A stretch of DNA of 64,000 bases from Octopus vulgaris (lineage: Eukaryota), in assembly GCA_951406725.2 (NCBI GenBank), contig OX597822.1, positions 39,370,001 through 39,434,000 of the forward strand, written 5' to 3'. Position numbers and translations under genes: made by a program. The notes beneath the pieces were generated by a model. The model saw only the letters and a program-made list of their open reading frames with translations. It did no database searches and had not been told where the DNA came from. This document shows, piece after piece, positions 44,164 through 59,352 of the stretch (position 1 is its first letter; each line of letters begins with the position of its first letter).

Positions 44164-44864
44164 TCTGAGTGCGTGTATGTGTTTGGGAATTCGTCTGGAA
44201 ACGATATCGTTTATAGATGTGTTGTTTTATAAAACAATACATCCTGGGGCAAGCGAAAAACGTGTTAGCAACTTGAAAAAGGCGTAGTAAATTTGCTTTT
44301 GTATCTACATTAGGTATGATACACAGGTGGCTTGCAAACTCATCATTTTATGCCCGTTTCCTCATACTGGCCTGGGTCGGCCGTTTCGCCCGATCGGTTC
44401 CGGGTATCGTATTTTCCTCTGAAATCTCAATATTGACTAGGCTCTATGTCCTTCCTAACACCAACACCCTACTGAGTTTATTGGGTGCATATTTCTTATA
44501 ACATTAGCACTGTAGAGTTCGATTTGCTGTTGGCAAAACTAAATTGCCCTCTCAAGAACTGCATTGTTGCTGCAGGATTCGATTTATAGATTATCATAGA
44601 GAACTTTAGGTACACCAAGCACCAATGACATTGCCTTGTAGCGCACAAGAGGAAAGAAAGAAAATTCTCGTAATGGGAGAGGCAGATAGAAGGTTCATGC
44701 CAGGAGGAATGAGACTTTATCTTCAGGGGAGACATTTATTAATTTCAGACAAGAACAGAATCTCCTTCCTAAGTTGGGTTCTATGACTTTAATACTCTTG
44801 TAGTGCTCCAGGCACTTCGTGAAGGCCTTATTGAAGTCATCCAAAGTGATGTACAGGACCCCTG

Positions 44865-45196
44865 TATGTCTGTCTGTCTGTCTCCCTCTCTCTCTCTCTC
44901 TATCCATTCATCCATCCACCAATCTATCTGTCCGTCTGTCTGCTTGTCTGTTTCTCTCTCTCTTTATCCCCCTCTCTCTCCCTCTCTAACTATCTATCCA
45001 TCCATCCGATCATCCGTCCGTCCGTCCATCTATCCATCCATCCATGCATTAGTCTGTCTGTCTGTCTGTCTGTCTCTCTGTCTGTTTCTCTCTCTCTTTC
45101 TCCCTTCTCTCTCCCTCTCTAACTACCTATCCCGCCATCCGTTCATCCGTCCGTCCGTCCGTCCATCCATCCATCGATCCATTCATCCGTCCGACA

Positions 45197-45233
<37 letters not shown>

Positions 45234-45295
45234 CCTTTCTCTCTCCCCATCCATTCATATTTCTATCTATCAATCTATCTGTCTGTCTGTCTCTC
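44865..45295. repeat. (TCTG)/(TCCA)/(TC)n compound microsatellite
   Basis: Directly visible. Confidence 0.9.
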
Positions 45296-45726
45296 TTACT
45301 GTATATTCATCATTCTGTTGGCCTTCGTATCTCGACCAACATGTGTCCCCGCTACCGAAACGGTAATTATTTCTACGCCAGCTATGTTGTTGTTGTGTTT
45401 TTGTCTCATTTGGTCTAAAGTCGTATGACAACCACCGTTCTATATATTTTGTTTATTCATTACTGTTTTCAATTTCGTTTTCGTCTCTTGTATTCACATC
45501 CGTCTTGTGCGTTCACATTCCTGTCTTCTACCAAGAAATCTAATGCTTACAGCTTAGTTTTTTTCTTGGGGCTGGCCGAGTTGGAGCAAATATCAGAATT
45601 GAACAGCCGAAATTTGCTATGATGACTCGGTGTCTGACTGAAGATTGAAGGCTTCGAATGATTTGTCTGTGTTCCGTGTTCGTCCCTTCCTGTATTTCAC
45701 GTTCATTATATATAAAAACATTCATT

Positions 45727-45764
<38 letters not shown>

Positions 45765-45841
45765 TCCATGTGTGTTGTGTGTGTGCTTTTCTCTACACGT
45801 ATTGGGTAACATTTTTTCTTGATTCATGTAAATTCCTATTG

Positions 45842-45881
<40 letters not shown>

Positions 45882-46099
45882 GTGCGTGTGTGTGTGAGAG
45901 AGAGAGTCTTAGTGTGTGTGTGTGTGTGCGTGTGTGTGCGTGTGTGTGTGTGCGCGTGCTCACGCACCTACACGCCCGCGCGTACGCGCACCTATATGTC
46001 TGCCTTGATGTATGTAAAGACAAATATGCTTTCTTTCATCATACATGTTTATGCAATCAAATTAACTATTAAAACAAGATGTATTTCTGAAGTGTAATA

Positions 46100-46900
46100 T
46101 CACCACCACCACCACCACCACCACCACCACCACAATTACCACCATCATCATCATCATCATCATTACGACAACAACGTCAACCAAAGCCACTACCACCACC
46201 ATCACCACCACAACCACCATATTCACCCCAACTACCATCACCACCACAACCACCATCACTCCCACCACCACCACGACTATCATCATCATCACCAATACTG
46301 TCCACTAACCCGAACCATTAAAAGCACTACCACCAACACAACTACGACCACGGCAGTGACCATCGGCATCACAACCAACACAACACCACTACTACCACCA
46401 CCAACAACACTACCATCGTTACCACCACCATCACCACCACCAATAATACTATGACAACGACCACAACAATCACCGATACCACCATCACTACCAGCCCTAC
46501 CACTACCAACAACAACACTACCACTGCCAATACTATGACGACGGCCACTACAACCACCACTATCACCAATGCAACCACCACCACCACTACCACTATTATT
46601 GCCAATACTACGACAACGACTATTATTATCACCACCACGACCAACATCAACAACAGCAACACCAGTATCAACACCGCCACCACAACCACCACCATCACCC
46701 TCACTACCTCCGCTATTGCACACTACATTACCTCCACTAATATTGCTACTACCACCGCCACTACCGCCTTCACATCCGCTCCTTGGCACCACCTGCAACA
46801 TCTTTACCATTGCAAACCATTCTCACATTTTCACCCCCACCCCCCAGCCGCCGCCGCCATCACCACCACCACCACCACCGCCGCCGCCACGGCTATCACT
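46100..46900. repeat. Degenerate (CAC)/(CAA) trinucleotide region
   Basis: Directly visible. Confidence 0.9.
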
Positions 46901-47289
46901 AGAACCACCAACAGTGTTCGGTGCACTCAACTGTCAACAACATTATATACCCGCCGACCATATTGTCCCTTGTCCCGACCCGCCACTAATCCACCCTCAC
47001 AGGGGACCCCCGTGTCTATAGTAAAACAAATACCGCAAATGTATACATTGTTTTCACGGTAAATTTGTGGTTCGAGTTTCAAGCTATACATCATTCTTAA
47101 CTAGGGCAGCAGTCACTATATACCATATATGGACATTGGTGCACACACACACAGACACACATATGTAAATGTTCTAGTAGTAGTAGTAGTAGAAATGGTA
47201 GTAGTAGTAGTCCTTGTTTTGTGTGGAAACTGTGTTTCTTGTAATAATAGTTTTTTCAATGTAGGCATAGGGTTGAAAATGGTTGTATA

Positions 47290-47670
47290 GGATAGATCGA
47301 TTCTATCGACCCCAGTACTTGACTGGTACTCTATTTTATCGATCGCGGGGAAATGAAAGTAAAAGTAGGTCGACGCGGAATTTGATCTCAGAACATAAAG
47401 AAAAACCCGGAACACAATGCACAGTAAAGCATTTTGTTTGACATTCGAAAGATTCTGCAAAACTTTTGGCCCAAGGTCAGCAATTTCTTGCTTTTGGGGT
47501 AAGTAAGCGATTTACATTGACCCCAGTGCCTAATTAGTACTTGCTTTATCGACCCCGATAGGATGAAAGGCAAATTCGACCTCGGCTGAATTTGAACTCG
47601 GAACGTGAAGACGGACGAAATACCGCTAAGCATTTCGTCCAGTGTGCTAACGATTCTGCCAGCTCGCCAC
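47290..47670 (-). mobile_element. Two tandem SINE family C copies
   Basis: Reverse complement of 40201-40418 motifs. Confidence 0.7.
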
Positions 47671-47689
47671 CTTAACAATAATAATATTC

Positions 47690-48104
47690 TTTTACTCTTT
47701 TACTTGTTTCAGTCATTTGACTGCGGCCATGCTGGAGCACTGCCTTTTAGTCGAGCAAATCGACCTCAGGACCTATTCTTTGTAAGTCTAGTACTTATTC
47801 TATCGGTCTGTTTTGCCGAACCGCTATGTTACGGGGACGTAAACACACCAGCATCGGTTGTCAAGCGATGTTGGCGGGGGTGGATAAACACAGACACACA
47901 AACACATACACACAAACACATACACACACATACATATATATGACGAGCTTCTTTTCAGTTTCCGTCTACCAAATCCACTCACAAGGCTTTGGTCGCCCCG
48001 AGGCTATAGTAGAAGACACTTGCCCAAAGTGCCACGCAGTGGGACTGGACCCTGAACTATGTGGCTGGTAAGCAAGCTACTTACCACACAGCCACTCCTG
48101 CGCC
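47690..48104 (-). mobile_element. SINE family A, full length
   Basis: Similarity to other copies. Confidence 0.9.
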
Positions 48105-48154
48105 TACATATAATGATGATAATAATGATAATAATAATAATAATAATAATAATG

Positions 48155-48261
<107 letters not shown>

Positions 48262-48589
48262 TTCTACTGGAGGCACAAGGCCTCAAATTTGATGCGAAGG
48301 GACTAGTCGATTACATCGATCCCATTACACAGTTCGTACTTATTTTATCAACCCCGAAAGGATGAAAGGCAAAGTCAACCTCGGTGGGATTTGAACTCAG
48401 AACGTAAAGACGGACGAAATGCCGCTATGCTCTTCGACCGGCCTGTTGATTAGTAATCCTTTCTAATATAGGCACAAGGTCTGAAATTTGGGCCTTCTGG
48501 CTAATCAATTACATTGACTCCAGTATTTCACTGGTACTTAATTTATCGACCCCGAAAGGATGAAAACCAAAGTCGACATCGGTGGAATG

Positions 48590-48590
<1 letters not shown>
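48262..48590 (-). mobile_element. SINE family C fragments next to (AAT)n
   Basis: CCCCGAAAGGATGAAA motif twice. Confidence 0.7.
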
Positions 48591-48634
<44 letters not shown>

Positions 48635-48637
48635 TGC

Positions 48638-48679
<42 letters not shown>

Positions 48680-48933
48680 AATGAAGGATAAATGTTTTTT
48701 TCGAAAAAAATATTCTTTTCCCAAAAAATTTTATCAATGGCCAGCATATAAAAAAATACCTATAAAGGTTAAATCTATAAACAATTCATAATTAAGGGCA
48801 AAAGAAAAAATTTCTAATGCCAGATATGCCGAAAAATTGGACATATTGTCCATTAACCATATAACTTTTTCACAATATGCACGCTACTCGAAAAAAGGTC
48901 GACAGAAATTTCTAAAACATTCCATTATTACCA

Positions 48934-48986
48934 TATCGGACCGATTTCAGGGTTAGCTTATAACAGCCCTCCCTTCGTCAGTGATA
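48934..48986 (-). ncRNA. Hammerhead motif, slightly degenerate
   Basis: rc: tatca-CTGACGA-AGGG...CCCT-GAAAT-CG-GTC-cgata. Confidence 0.65.
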
Positions 48987-49223
48987 CATGTGGCAAAAAG
49001 AAATATATATATAGTACTTGTTTCCGTGTTTCATTTATTAGACTACGGCCGTGCTGGGGACTCCCTTGAAGACTTTTAGTCGAACGAATCTACTCCAGCA
49101 TATTTTTAAAAGCTAGGTACATACTTTGTTGGTCTCTTATTACCGAACAGTTAAGTTACGGGGACGTAAACATACCGACACCTGTTGTCAAGCAGTGGTT
49201 GTGGGACAGAAACAAAGAAGCAC

Positions 49224-49560
49224 GCAGGGCGCTTGGCTCAGTGGTTAGAGCGTCGAGCTTACGATCGTGAGGTTATGAGTTCGATTCCCGGACCGGGCTG
49301 CGTGTTGTGTTCTTGAGCAAGACACTTTATTTCACGTTGCTCCAGTTCACTCAGCTGCTGAAACGAGTTACGACATCACTGGTGCCAAGCTATATTGGCC
49401 TTTGCCTTTCCCTTGGTTAACATCGGTGGCATGGAGAGGGGAGTCTGGTATGCATGGGCGACTGCTGGTCTTCCATAAAACAACCTTGCCCAGATTTGTG
49501 CCTCGGAGGGCAACTTTCTAGGTGCAATTCCATGGTCATTCATGACCGAAGGGGGTCTCC
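49224..49560 (+). mobile_element. SINE family B, full length
   Basis: TGGCTCAGTGG A box, GAGTTCGATTCC B box. Confidence 0.88.
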
Positions 49561-49579
49561 TCCTCATATATATATATAT

Positions 49580-49812
49580 CGGAGTAAGTACATAAATGCA
49601 AAACATGGTGAAAAAAATAGTACTCGATTACCAGAGATTGAGTAATATGCCTTATTGAAAAGCAACAAAAATATCACAAAAACTGTTACTCAGAGTTCAA
49701 TGTTCCCGTTCGTCGGACAGTTTTGTTTCCTAAACAAAACTGTCCAACGAACGGGAACATGAAACTCTGAGTAACCATTTTTGTGATATTTCTGCTGCTT
49801 TTCAATAAAGTA
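49580..49812. mobile_element. Palindromic mini-element with degenerate HHRs
   Basis: Arms ~49652-49728 and ~49733-49809; related piece 31882-31967. Confidence 0.7.
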
Positions 49813-49813
49813 C

Positions 49814-49883
<70 letters not shown>

Positions 49884-49889
<6 letters not shown>

Positions 49890-51015
49890 AAATAAGGTGG
49901 CTAGCAGCAGGCTGTTTCGCCTCATACCGAAGGAATTAGAAATGGCAGTCAAAGACCGTTTTTTCCATTTCTATAAGTGGAGATTCCAAAAACGAAGGCC
50001 CTTACGGCTCACATACACAAAATCGGAGTGGCAAATATACGAAGGCAGTCACTTACCGTTAATAGCGAACACCGTGTTTCTGGATCACAAACATATAAAA
50101 AAAAGGAGTTTGAATTCCGTCATCAGCGCTATATTCGATAGCTTTACCAAATGCCACCAGCCCTCACTTCTGACCCAGCGACATCAGATAGTGGGGGGAA
50201 GTGCGCAGATGTTAAAACCAAGTAACGACTGGGAACGTAAATTTTCCCTCCAAAATTCTGCCATGCGCGCCTTCTGGGTAATCGTAATGGAATTCCTTCG
50301 GTATGAGGCGAAACAGCCTGCTGCTAGCCACCTTATTTTCTTTACTATATACTGAACCTTACAAAGGTCCTGACAATTAATTTGTCGTATTTACATACCG
50401 AAATTTACCGGTAAATAATTGTTGGTTACATGAAAAACCACAGGAAAATTATTTACCATTTTTATTGCATTACCATGTGGATTCCTCATTCCATTACGAT
50501 TACCCAGAAGGCGCGCATGGCAGAATTTTGGAGGGAAAATTTACGTTCCCAGTCGTTACTTGGTTTTAACATCTGCGCACTTCCCCCCACTATCTGATGT
50601 CGCTGGGTCAGAAGTGAGGGCTGGTGGCATTTGGTAAAGCTATCGAATATAGCGCTGATGACGGAATTCAAACTCCTTTTTTTATATGTTTGTGATCCAG
50701 AAACACGGTGTTCGCTATTAACGGTAAGTGACTGCCTTCGTATATTTGCCACTCCGATTTTGTGTATGTGAGCCGTAAGGGCCTTCGTTTTTGGAATCTC
50801 CACTTATAGAAATGGAAAAAACGGTCTTTGACTGCCATTTCTAATTCCTTCGGTATGAGGCGAAACAGCCTGCTGCTAGCCACCTTATTTTCTTTACTAT
50901 ATACTGAACCTTACAAAGGTCCTGACAATTAATTTGTCGTATTTACATACCGAAATTTACCGGTAAATAATTGTTGGTTACATGAAAAACCACAGGAAAA
51001 TTATTTACCATTTTT

Positions 51016-51019
<4 letters not shown>
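49884..51019 (+). mobile_element. Young retrozyme-like element: 552-nt unit, partial tandem, 5' inverted copy
   Basis: 49884-50290 is rc of ~50488-50894; 50291-50467 repeats at 50843-51019; near-identical; in (TA)n. Confidence 0.85.
50649..50718 (+). ncRNA. Type I hammerhead ribozyme (mirror copy 50062-50132, minus)
   Basis: atagcg-CTGATGA-C-GGA...TCC-A-GAAACAC-G-GTGTT-cgctat. Confidence 0.75.
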
Positions 51020-51087
<68 letters not shown>

Positions 51088-52230
51088 AAGTGACCACGAA
51101 TGGCACGAGAAACTGCATTTCCAGTGAGTATATGGGTAATACTCTTCCCAGCGAAGTTCACTTCAAGATTTTTTGAAGGCCTGTTCATCTCATCAAACGC
51201 CCATTGCTACCTAGAAAGCTCATTAAGTGTGTGAAATCACCCAAGTTTTAAAATGATCGGATGTAGATCACTGTCCTCTCCAGCACTTTCCACAATTGTA
51301 GTTGCCTTGAGCCACAAAGGCTGGTCAAACGTGAGCGCTAGTGTTACTCCATAGCGCGCTTGGCATGCTCTGCAACGAAGTGTAAAGTTGAGATGACACA
51401 CGTCATGTCACGCGGGTTCATATTAACCATAATGGATGATCAACCACGTGATAAGAACTATGATAGTTCATATCAACATGATGGATGACTCCCTGGGTGG
51501 TCTCTGTTGTTTATCATTTGCATGTATCCCGACCATGCTGGTCTTGGTAACCGGTCTGACAGAGACGTTTTCCTTGTGTTTGTGTTCCTCTGGAAGAGAT
51601 TCATACCTGACATTAACAAGTTCATCACCAAGTGATATGAATTTCTTAATGCTGCTATTTCCTACTGCAGCGGTCTCCACCTCTATCACAGACCCCTTTT
51701 TTACCACTGAGGTGCCATCACATTTTGGTGCTACAACTGCTATAATACCCATTTCGTGGAATATCTCGGAGCCGTCAAGAGTCCTAATGTCACGATCCAC
51801 GTTGTCGGCCACATATTGATCAAACTGTCTGGGAAGGAACTCCGGAATGTCGAATTCCTGGTTCACATCTGCACTCCGTTCATATATTTGCACCTCTGAA
51901 TTTGAACTACAAAATCCATGGGCATTCAGTGTGTCAATCAAAAAAATTCAGGTAAAATGCGAATGCATTTGCATACCTAGACCTAATTGCAATGGTGCAG
52001 TCAGAACTCTGAGGCGAGCAGCCTGCATTATCGCTTGCCCCAGTGAGCACACCAACCATTTTTCTTTTCCGACAAATACGGTGTTCAACAATAAGCGTAG
52101 TGACTCTGGAATATAGTTAGTAGCATCTGAGATATCACTCATACAAAGACTAGTTGTGTAAGTGTCCTTCACTTGTACATATGACTTAACATCATTTTTG
52201 ATGAGGCTGGCAGCGGTTTCTATCAGTCTT
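51088..52230 (-). pseudogene. Degenerate DNA transposase, probably Academ-like
   Basis: LGQAIMQAAR, LIDTLNAHGF, ADNVD..IRTLDG..FH.MG, TFDQPLWLKA, HILTGNAVSRAIRGH; superfamily from recall. Confidence 0.55.
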
Positions 52231-52689
52231 AACTTGTCTGCTTAACTCTTACCGCTGGTAAGGATATAGGGTAGCTACAAATCTCTTGGCAGACATTCCC
52301 ATGTGCAAGATATATCAGTAAAACATAGGTTAGAACACCAAAAAATGTCTTGATAGCTTCATAAGAATTGTTTCTGTGCCTGTTTGTACTTTGGTCGTCT
52401 AATCCTGAAATCCAAAAGTTCACCACTGAAAAAAGTATTGTTCCACTCAAAAGAATTTGTAGGACTTTTGATATATCATGTAGGGTACTCTACTGAACAC
52501 ATCCTAACAGGTCCCGTTTCTGCTGCAATTATTGGTGGGTTCTGGGGAATATCAGCTAATTTGACTGGACTATTGGCAATGGAAGCTTTTTCATGCCAGT
52601 CTCTTCCAACCAATCTTAGGTCTTTTTGGCTATGTGACAAGGAGTCCTATCTTCCATAAATAAAGAGTCTTCTTTCATCGTTTCACCAT

Positions 52690-53085
52690 TGGAGATTGGA
52701 AGGAATCATTTCTGCAATACGGACACATCTTTATCTGAGTTTATGTTTCACTCAAACTCCACCAGCTCTGATCGATCTTTGCTCCAAATTTCCCCCAGAC
52801 CATTACAGAATAGCTGCTGTGTTTCATTGTTGGCTGCAATCTTTTCATACCAAATTCTTGATCACAGAGTCTCCAGACACACACTCGACCACTGTCTGAA
52901 AATACAGCAAATATGGACTCATCAGAGAATATGATAGTGTCCCAACATGCTAGTGACCTCTCCACAATCTCATTGGTCCAATATTTACTCCGCTTGATAT
53001 AGGCTGGTCGAAGAAATGGCTTCCTTCTTCCTGCTCTGCTATAGTAGGCAAGTTTGTGGAGATACCTGACAGCTGTTCAAAACAG
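52690..53085 (-). pseudogene. Tc1-like transposase fragment
   Basis: WDTIIFSDESIF...VWR...QPTMKH...VMVWG. Confidence 0.8.
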
Positions 53086-53443
53086 TGCCCCAGAATAGCT
53101 GCTGTCCAATGACTGAAGGTAGATGAGAAGAAATATGATAATCAAAAGAGACCAACTACAGAGGACAAGCCTTCAGATCCAAATTTACTCGACCAACGTA
53201 GGACCTGTAGCTTCTTCCATTTGCAGTTTCAACCTTCAAAAGTTAGATGCCTCCCCACCATTTGTGTTTCCAGCTTACGAAAGACGTGTGCACTCTCACT
53301 GCTGTGGCCTCTGCTTGCCAAAGTCGTATGTCTCCAACTGGCTACTTTGAAGGGAAGCGGTTTTGTAACTCTTGAAACATCAAAGTCAAACTCGGCTGAC
53401 AGTAATACCGAGTGCCTGTAGTCTGCAGTTTATGTGAACTGGC

Positions 53444-53598
53444 GAGGCTATGTGGTAAGAAGTTTGCTTACCAACCACATGGTTCCGGGTTCAGTCCCAC
53501 TGCGTGACACTTTTGGCCAGTTGTCTTCTTTTATAGCCTCGGGCCGACCAAAGCCTTGTGAGTAGATTTGTTGGACAGAAACAGAAAGAAGCCCGTCT
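53444..53598 (+). mobile_element. SINE family A, 5' half (3' half 54965-55178)
   Basis: Similarity to other copies. Confidence 0.8.
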
Positions 53599-53602
53599 CA
53601 CA

Positions 53603-53650
<48 letters not shown>

Positions 53651-54210
53651 ATTCTAAAAAACGGAACAAGAACGTAACAGACAACAATAAAACATCCGGA
53701 CAGAGAGACGATACAAAGACGGAGAGGTAAAACAACAAAAAGAGGAACAGGAAAAAAGAAACAAGGGCTGGTCATTCGCAGCCTTCTCTCATTGGTGAAG
53801 TTTCCAGATTAGCCTTACAGTTTCAGCCGGTTACACTCGAGACTGTTCAAATCTGGCTGGCCCCAAATATCTAAGCTAAGAGCATTAATGTTTTTGGAGA
53901 AAGCAAGCAAATGTGTACGACAACAAAGACGAACACACCTCATAAAAATAATAATAAATCGGAGAAAGTGTTACACAATTACAAATACAAACAACAAGAA
54001 AATAACAAATATCTTTCGACCAATAAAGACGAATCAAGTTGAGCTGGCGAGTGTAGAGTGAAAGCCTTTAGGCAGGAACATAGGAGATGAATATAAGAGA
54101 TGAAAGTCATGAGACAGGAATATAAGAGATGCTTCGCGGCCGGAAGTCGAGTCAAGAAAGAAAGATCATGCTTGGCCGATATACATACATACATACATAC
54201 ATACATACAT

Positions 54211-54964
<754 letters not shown>

Positions 54965-55837
54965 GCGTTTGTGTCTGTGTTTATCCTCCCCCCACGCTGA
55001 TAACCGATGCTGGTGTGTTTACGTTCCCGTAACTTAGCGGTTCGTCAAAAGAGTACGGTAGAATAAGTACTAGGCTTACAAAGAATAAACCCTGGGGCCG
55101 ATTTCTTCGACTAAAAACCCTTTAAGGCGGTGAGCCAGCTTGGCCTCAGTGAAATGACTGAAACAAGTAAAAGAGTAAGCGTTTTATCGGTAGTACTGAG
55201 CTGAAAGTTCACGGGAAGACGCAGTTCAGCTTATCATTATTGACACCAAAGGTAACCACAAGAAAATTGCCGCTCAGTCCACCACAAAGCTCGACTGAAT
55301 ACAAAAGTAGACGGTTTAGAGATCTCATTACTGTACCGGTAGACGATGACTGTGACCGTCTGGCGACATTCTAAGCGCCGAAGTTGCCATACTGGCTTAT
55401 GGTGGACCCAGGACTTCAACTTCTATAAAATCACGTGTCTACTTCTCACAAAATACTTCCGCCTTCTGGCATCCGTGTAAATAGGAAACCTATTGTGTAG
55501 TGTCGGCAAAGCTGAAAGTATTGTGGCTAGACATGTTCATCTTCGAACAAGCCCTAATTGACATTTTAAAGTTCTGCTTGGAAAGGAAAGTGATTGCGAT
55601 GGGGTAAGTACTCACCGCCAGTAAATTTATCGAAAGGTGATAAATGTGGGGAAAATGGTTAGGGTAAATGTATCTACTCTAAGCAAGCGTTTGTAGACTG
55701 GAGAATAACAGCTGGGCGAGGGGTCGTACCTTTAGTGGTCAGAGTAATTCTGAACGACGTGTGGTTGATTGATCCCGAGCGAAAGTTCCCTTCTATCAAG
55801 ATGGACAGTACCACTCAGGTGTTCATATACAAAGTAT

Positions 55838-56041
<204 letters not shown>

Positions 56042-56063
56042 TATATACATACATATATATATG

Positions 56064-56103
<40 letters not shown>

Positions 56104-56117
56104 TAATATATATGTAT

Positions 56118-56281
56118 ATTTTTCTCTCCTTGTTTCTTTCCTTGTTTTTTCTGTGTCCCTTTCTGTAGAAGAGCGTAGGCTCGAAAGGTAAAATACTTTT
56201 TCTATTCCTGAGCGTTATACTAATACATCTGATTGTTTTGTACACCACCTGTCTTCGTCTTTTGTTTTTTTCGTAAACTCT

Positions 56282-56286
<5 letters not shown>
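56118..56286 (+). mobile_element. Short pLTR-like repeat with variant HHR (second copy ~58990-59168)
   Basis: ttt-CTGTAGA-A-GAGC(GTAG)GCTC-GAAA(G/C)-GTA-aaa; both end at (TA)n. Confidence 0.6.
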
Positions 56287-56320
<34 letters not shown>

Positions 56321-56487
56321 CTCATTTCCTCTTCCTCTTTTTTCTTCCTCCTCAACTTTATATAAACACCCACACAAACCGTAAACTGTTTTCGTAATGT
56401 ACCTGCCCCTGTGGCAAATAAAGAAAAGTATTATTATTATTATTGCTTTCTTTCTCTCCTCCTCCTCCTCCTTATTCATTTTCTTTA

Positions 56488-56506
56488 ATTATCATCATCA
56501 TCATCA

Positions 56507-56597
<91 letters not shown>

Positions 56598-56606
56598 TAT
56601 TATTAC

Positions 56607-56652
<46 letters not shown>

Positions 56653-56653
56653 G

Positions 56654-56721
<68 letters not shown>

Positions 56722-56845
56722 GTTATTATTATTATTATTATATTATTATTATTCAAAGCAAAAAAAATTACAGCAGTGATGATAGTGACTAGGTTGATGG
56801 TGATGATGATAATGATGATGATGATGATGATGATGATGATAGTGA
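56488..56845. repeat. (TAT)n/(GAT)n microsatellite
   Basis: Directly visible. Confidence 0.95.
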
Positions 56846-57066
56846 TGGCAGCGAATTGCAAAACTAACAACAGTGGTGTTCCTTTTCTGCCTCTCCTCCT
56901 CCGACAATAAAAAAGACAAAACGGCAGCAGCAAAAACAACATTGACAGGAACAGCTACAGCGACAACAACAAAACCAACAGCAATAGCATATAGCCAGAT
57001 TGCATATCCGTTTGAAAGTGACGTCACAGAAGCCGTTTCACTATTCTTTGATGTTTTGAAGCAAGA

Positions 57067-57098
<32 letters not shown>

Positions 57099-57182
57099 CT
57101 ACCCCAACCCTCTTCCTTTCTCTCCCCCGCTCTCTACATGCTCACACACCAACACATACATACTTATGAATAAGCGCATATA

Positions 57183-57239
<57 letters not shown>

Positions 57240-57286
57240 GTATACGTATATGTATATGTATATATAACCATGAATGTATACGTATG

Positions 57287-57329
<43 letters not shown>

Positions 57330-57404
57330 ATATAGATATATATATGTACATAAATATATGAATATATATACACATATATATATGTGTGTGTGTGTCTATG
57401 TAGG

Positions 57405-57511
<107 letters not shown>

Positions 57512-57945
57512 GTGTGTGTATACAACATACCTCTGCAATAAGTTGTTTGCTGCATGTTTTTACAATGCAGCTACGGTGCATGCTGTGTTAGACGGATGAT
57601 TTGCACAGTTCCAAACACGTATGCATAGACACTGATATACATACATACACACACACACTTTCATACATGTACATATATATATATATATATATAGATATAT
57701 ATACAGACGCCCACATACACACATATATGTGTGTGTGGGTGTGGGCGTGTATATATATATATATCGTATGTGTGTGTGTGAGTGTGCGTGTGTGGGTAAT
57801 GTGAATGGATATATAACGACTTGCATAGACAAATGCAATACGATAACATAGTAACACACACACACATACATGCAAACAGATATTCATGCGTACACGAATG
57901 TAAATAAATGTCCCCCTTAATTGCTGAGACATCACCAAGGACACA

Positions 57946-57988
<43 letters not shown>

Positions 57989-58051
57989 ATGTAAATATAA
58001 ACTGATATTATATATATGCATATATTTATGTATATAAATATATATCGATGG

Positions 58052-58092
<41 letters not shown>

Positions 58093-58420
58093 AAAAAAAA
58101 CATACAAATTTCCACACTTAGCACGTAACTTCAAACGTGTTTTCTCTGATGTGAATTTGCTACCTAGGTATCGGTTAACCGAATTATCCATAACAAGATA
58201 ATTCATTCAACTACTCATATATATATATATATATATATACATATATTTGTATGCGTATGTATAGGTATATATATTGATATGCCTGAATACATATACTAAA
58301 GATATACAATATATAATAATAATATATACATATATGAATGGTATATAACATACGTATGTAAAATAAACACAAATTATCAATTACATGTCCATAGAAATAG
58401 CCTCGTCCATATTTTACTTC

Positions 58421-58770
58421 ACAGCCACATAATTCTGGAATCAGTCTCACTGCTTGCCACCTTGGGCAAGCGTTTTCTACTACTTTTCGGGGCCGTCGAA
58501 GCCGTGTAAGTGGATATGGTAGACGGAAACTGAAAGAAGCCCATCGTATATATATACGCCTGTGTGTGTGTGTTTGTTTGTTCCTCCTTCGGCTTGATAC
58601 TTGGTATCGGTTCGTTTACGTCCCCGCAATCTTGTGAGTCAGCAAAAAGAGACCGATGTAATAAGCGCCAGACGTAAAAAAAGCCCCGGGCTCGTTTTGT
58701 CAGCTCAATCTGTTTAAGACGTTGCTCAAGCATGGCCGCAGTAAAATAAGTGAAACGGGTAAAAGATGAG
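58421..58770 (+). mobile_element. Diverged SINE family A
   Basis: GGTAGACGGAAACTGAAAGAAGCCC and CATGGCCGCAGT motifs. Confidence 0.7.
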
Positions 58771-58824
58771 CTAGTATACATACATACATATATACATACA
58801 TGCATACATATATACATACATACA

Positions 58825-58910
<86 letters not shown>

Positions 58911-59164
58911 GGTAGGTAGGTATGTATATGTGTATATGTACGTATATATATATATGTAGATGTATATGTATATGTGTATGTATTTGATAGATCGTTAGCT
59001 ACTACACACATTTCTTTCTCTCCTTATTTTTTTCTGTGTATCTTTCTGTAGAAGAGCGTAGGCTCGAAACGTAAAAGGCTTTTTCTATTCCTGAGCGCTA
59101 TACTAATACATCTGTTTGTTTGTACACCACCTGCCATCGTCTTTTGTTTATTTTCGTAAACTTT

Positions 59165-59235
<71 letters not shown>

Positions 59236-59352
59236 AAATAGTAAAAAGTGAAAAAACTACAGAAGGCTTGTTTTATAAGGTTAAAGAATATATTTGAGTC
59301 ATTATGTTGGAAGAATGTTATAACATTTTTCATACAGTAACATAGTTTTTGA

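Noticed and set aside
44715-44862. Possible mariner C-terminal fragment
   Set aside because: Too short and degenerate
49783-50883. Duplicated 190/105/71-aa ORFs
   Set aside because: By-products of the inverted repeat; no domain motifs
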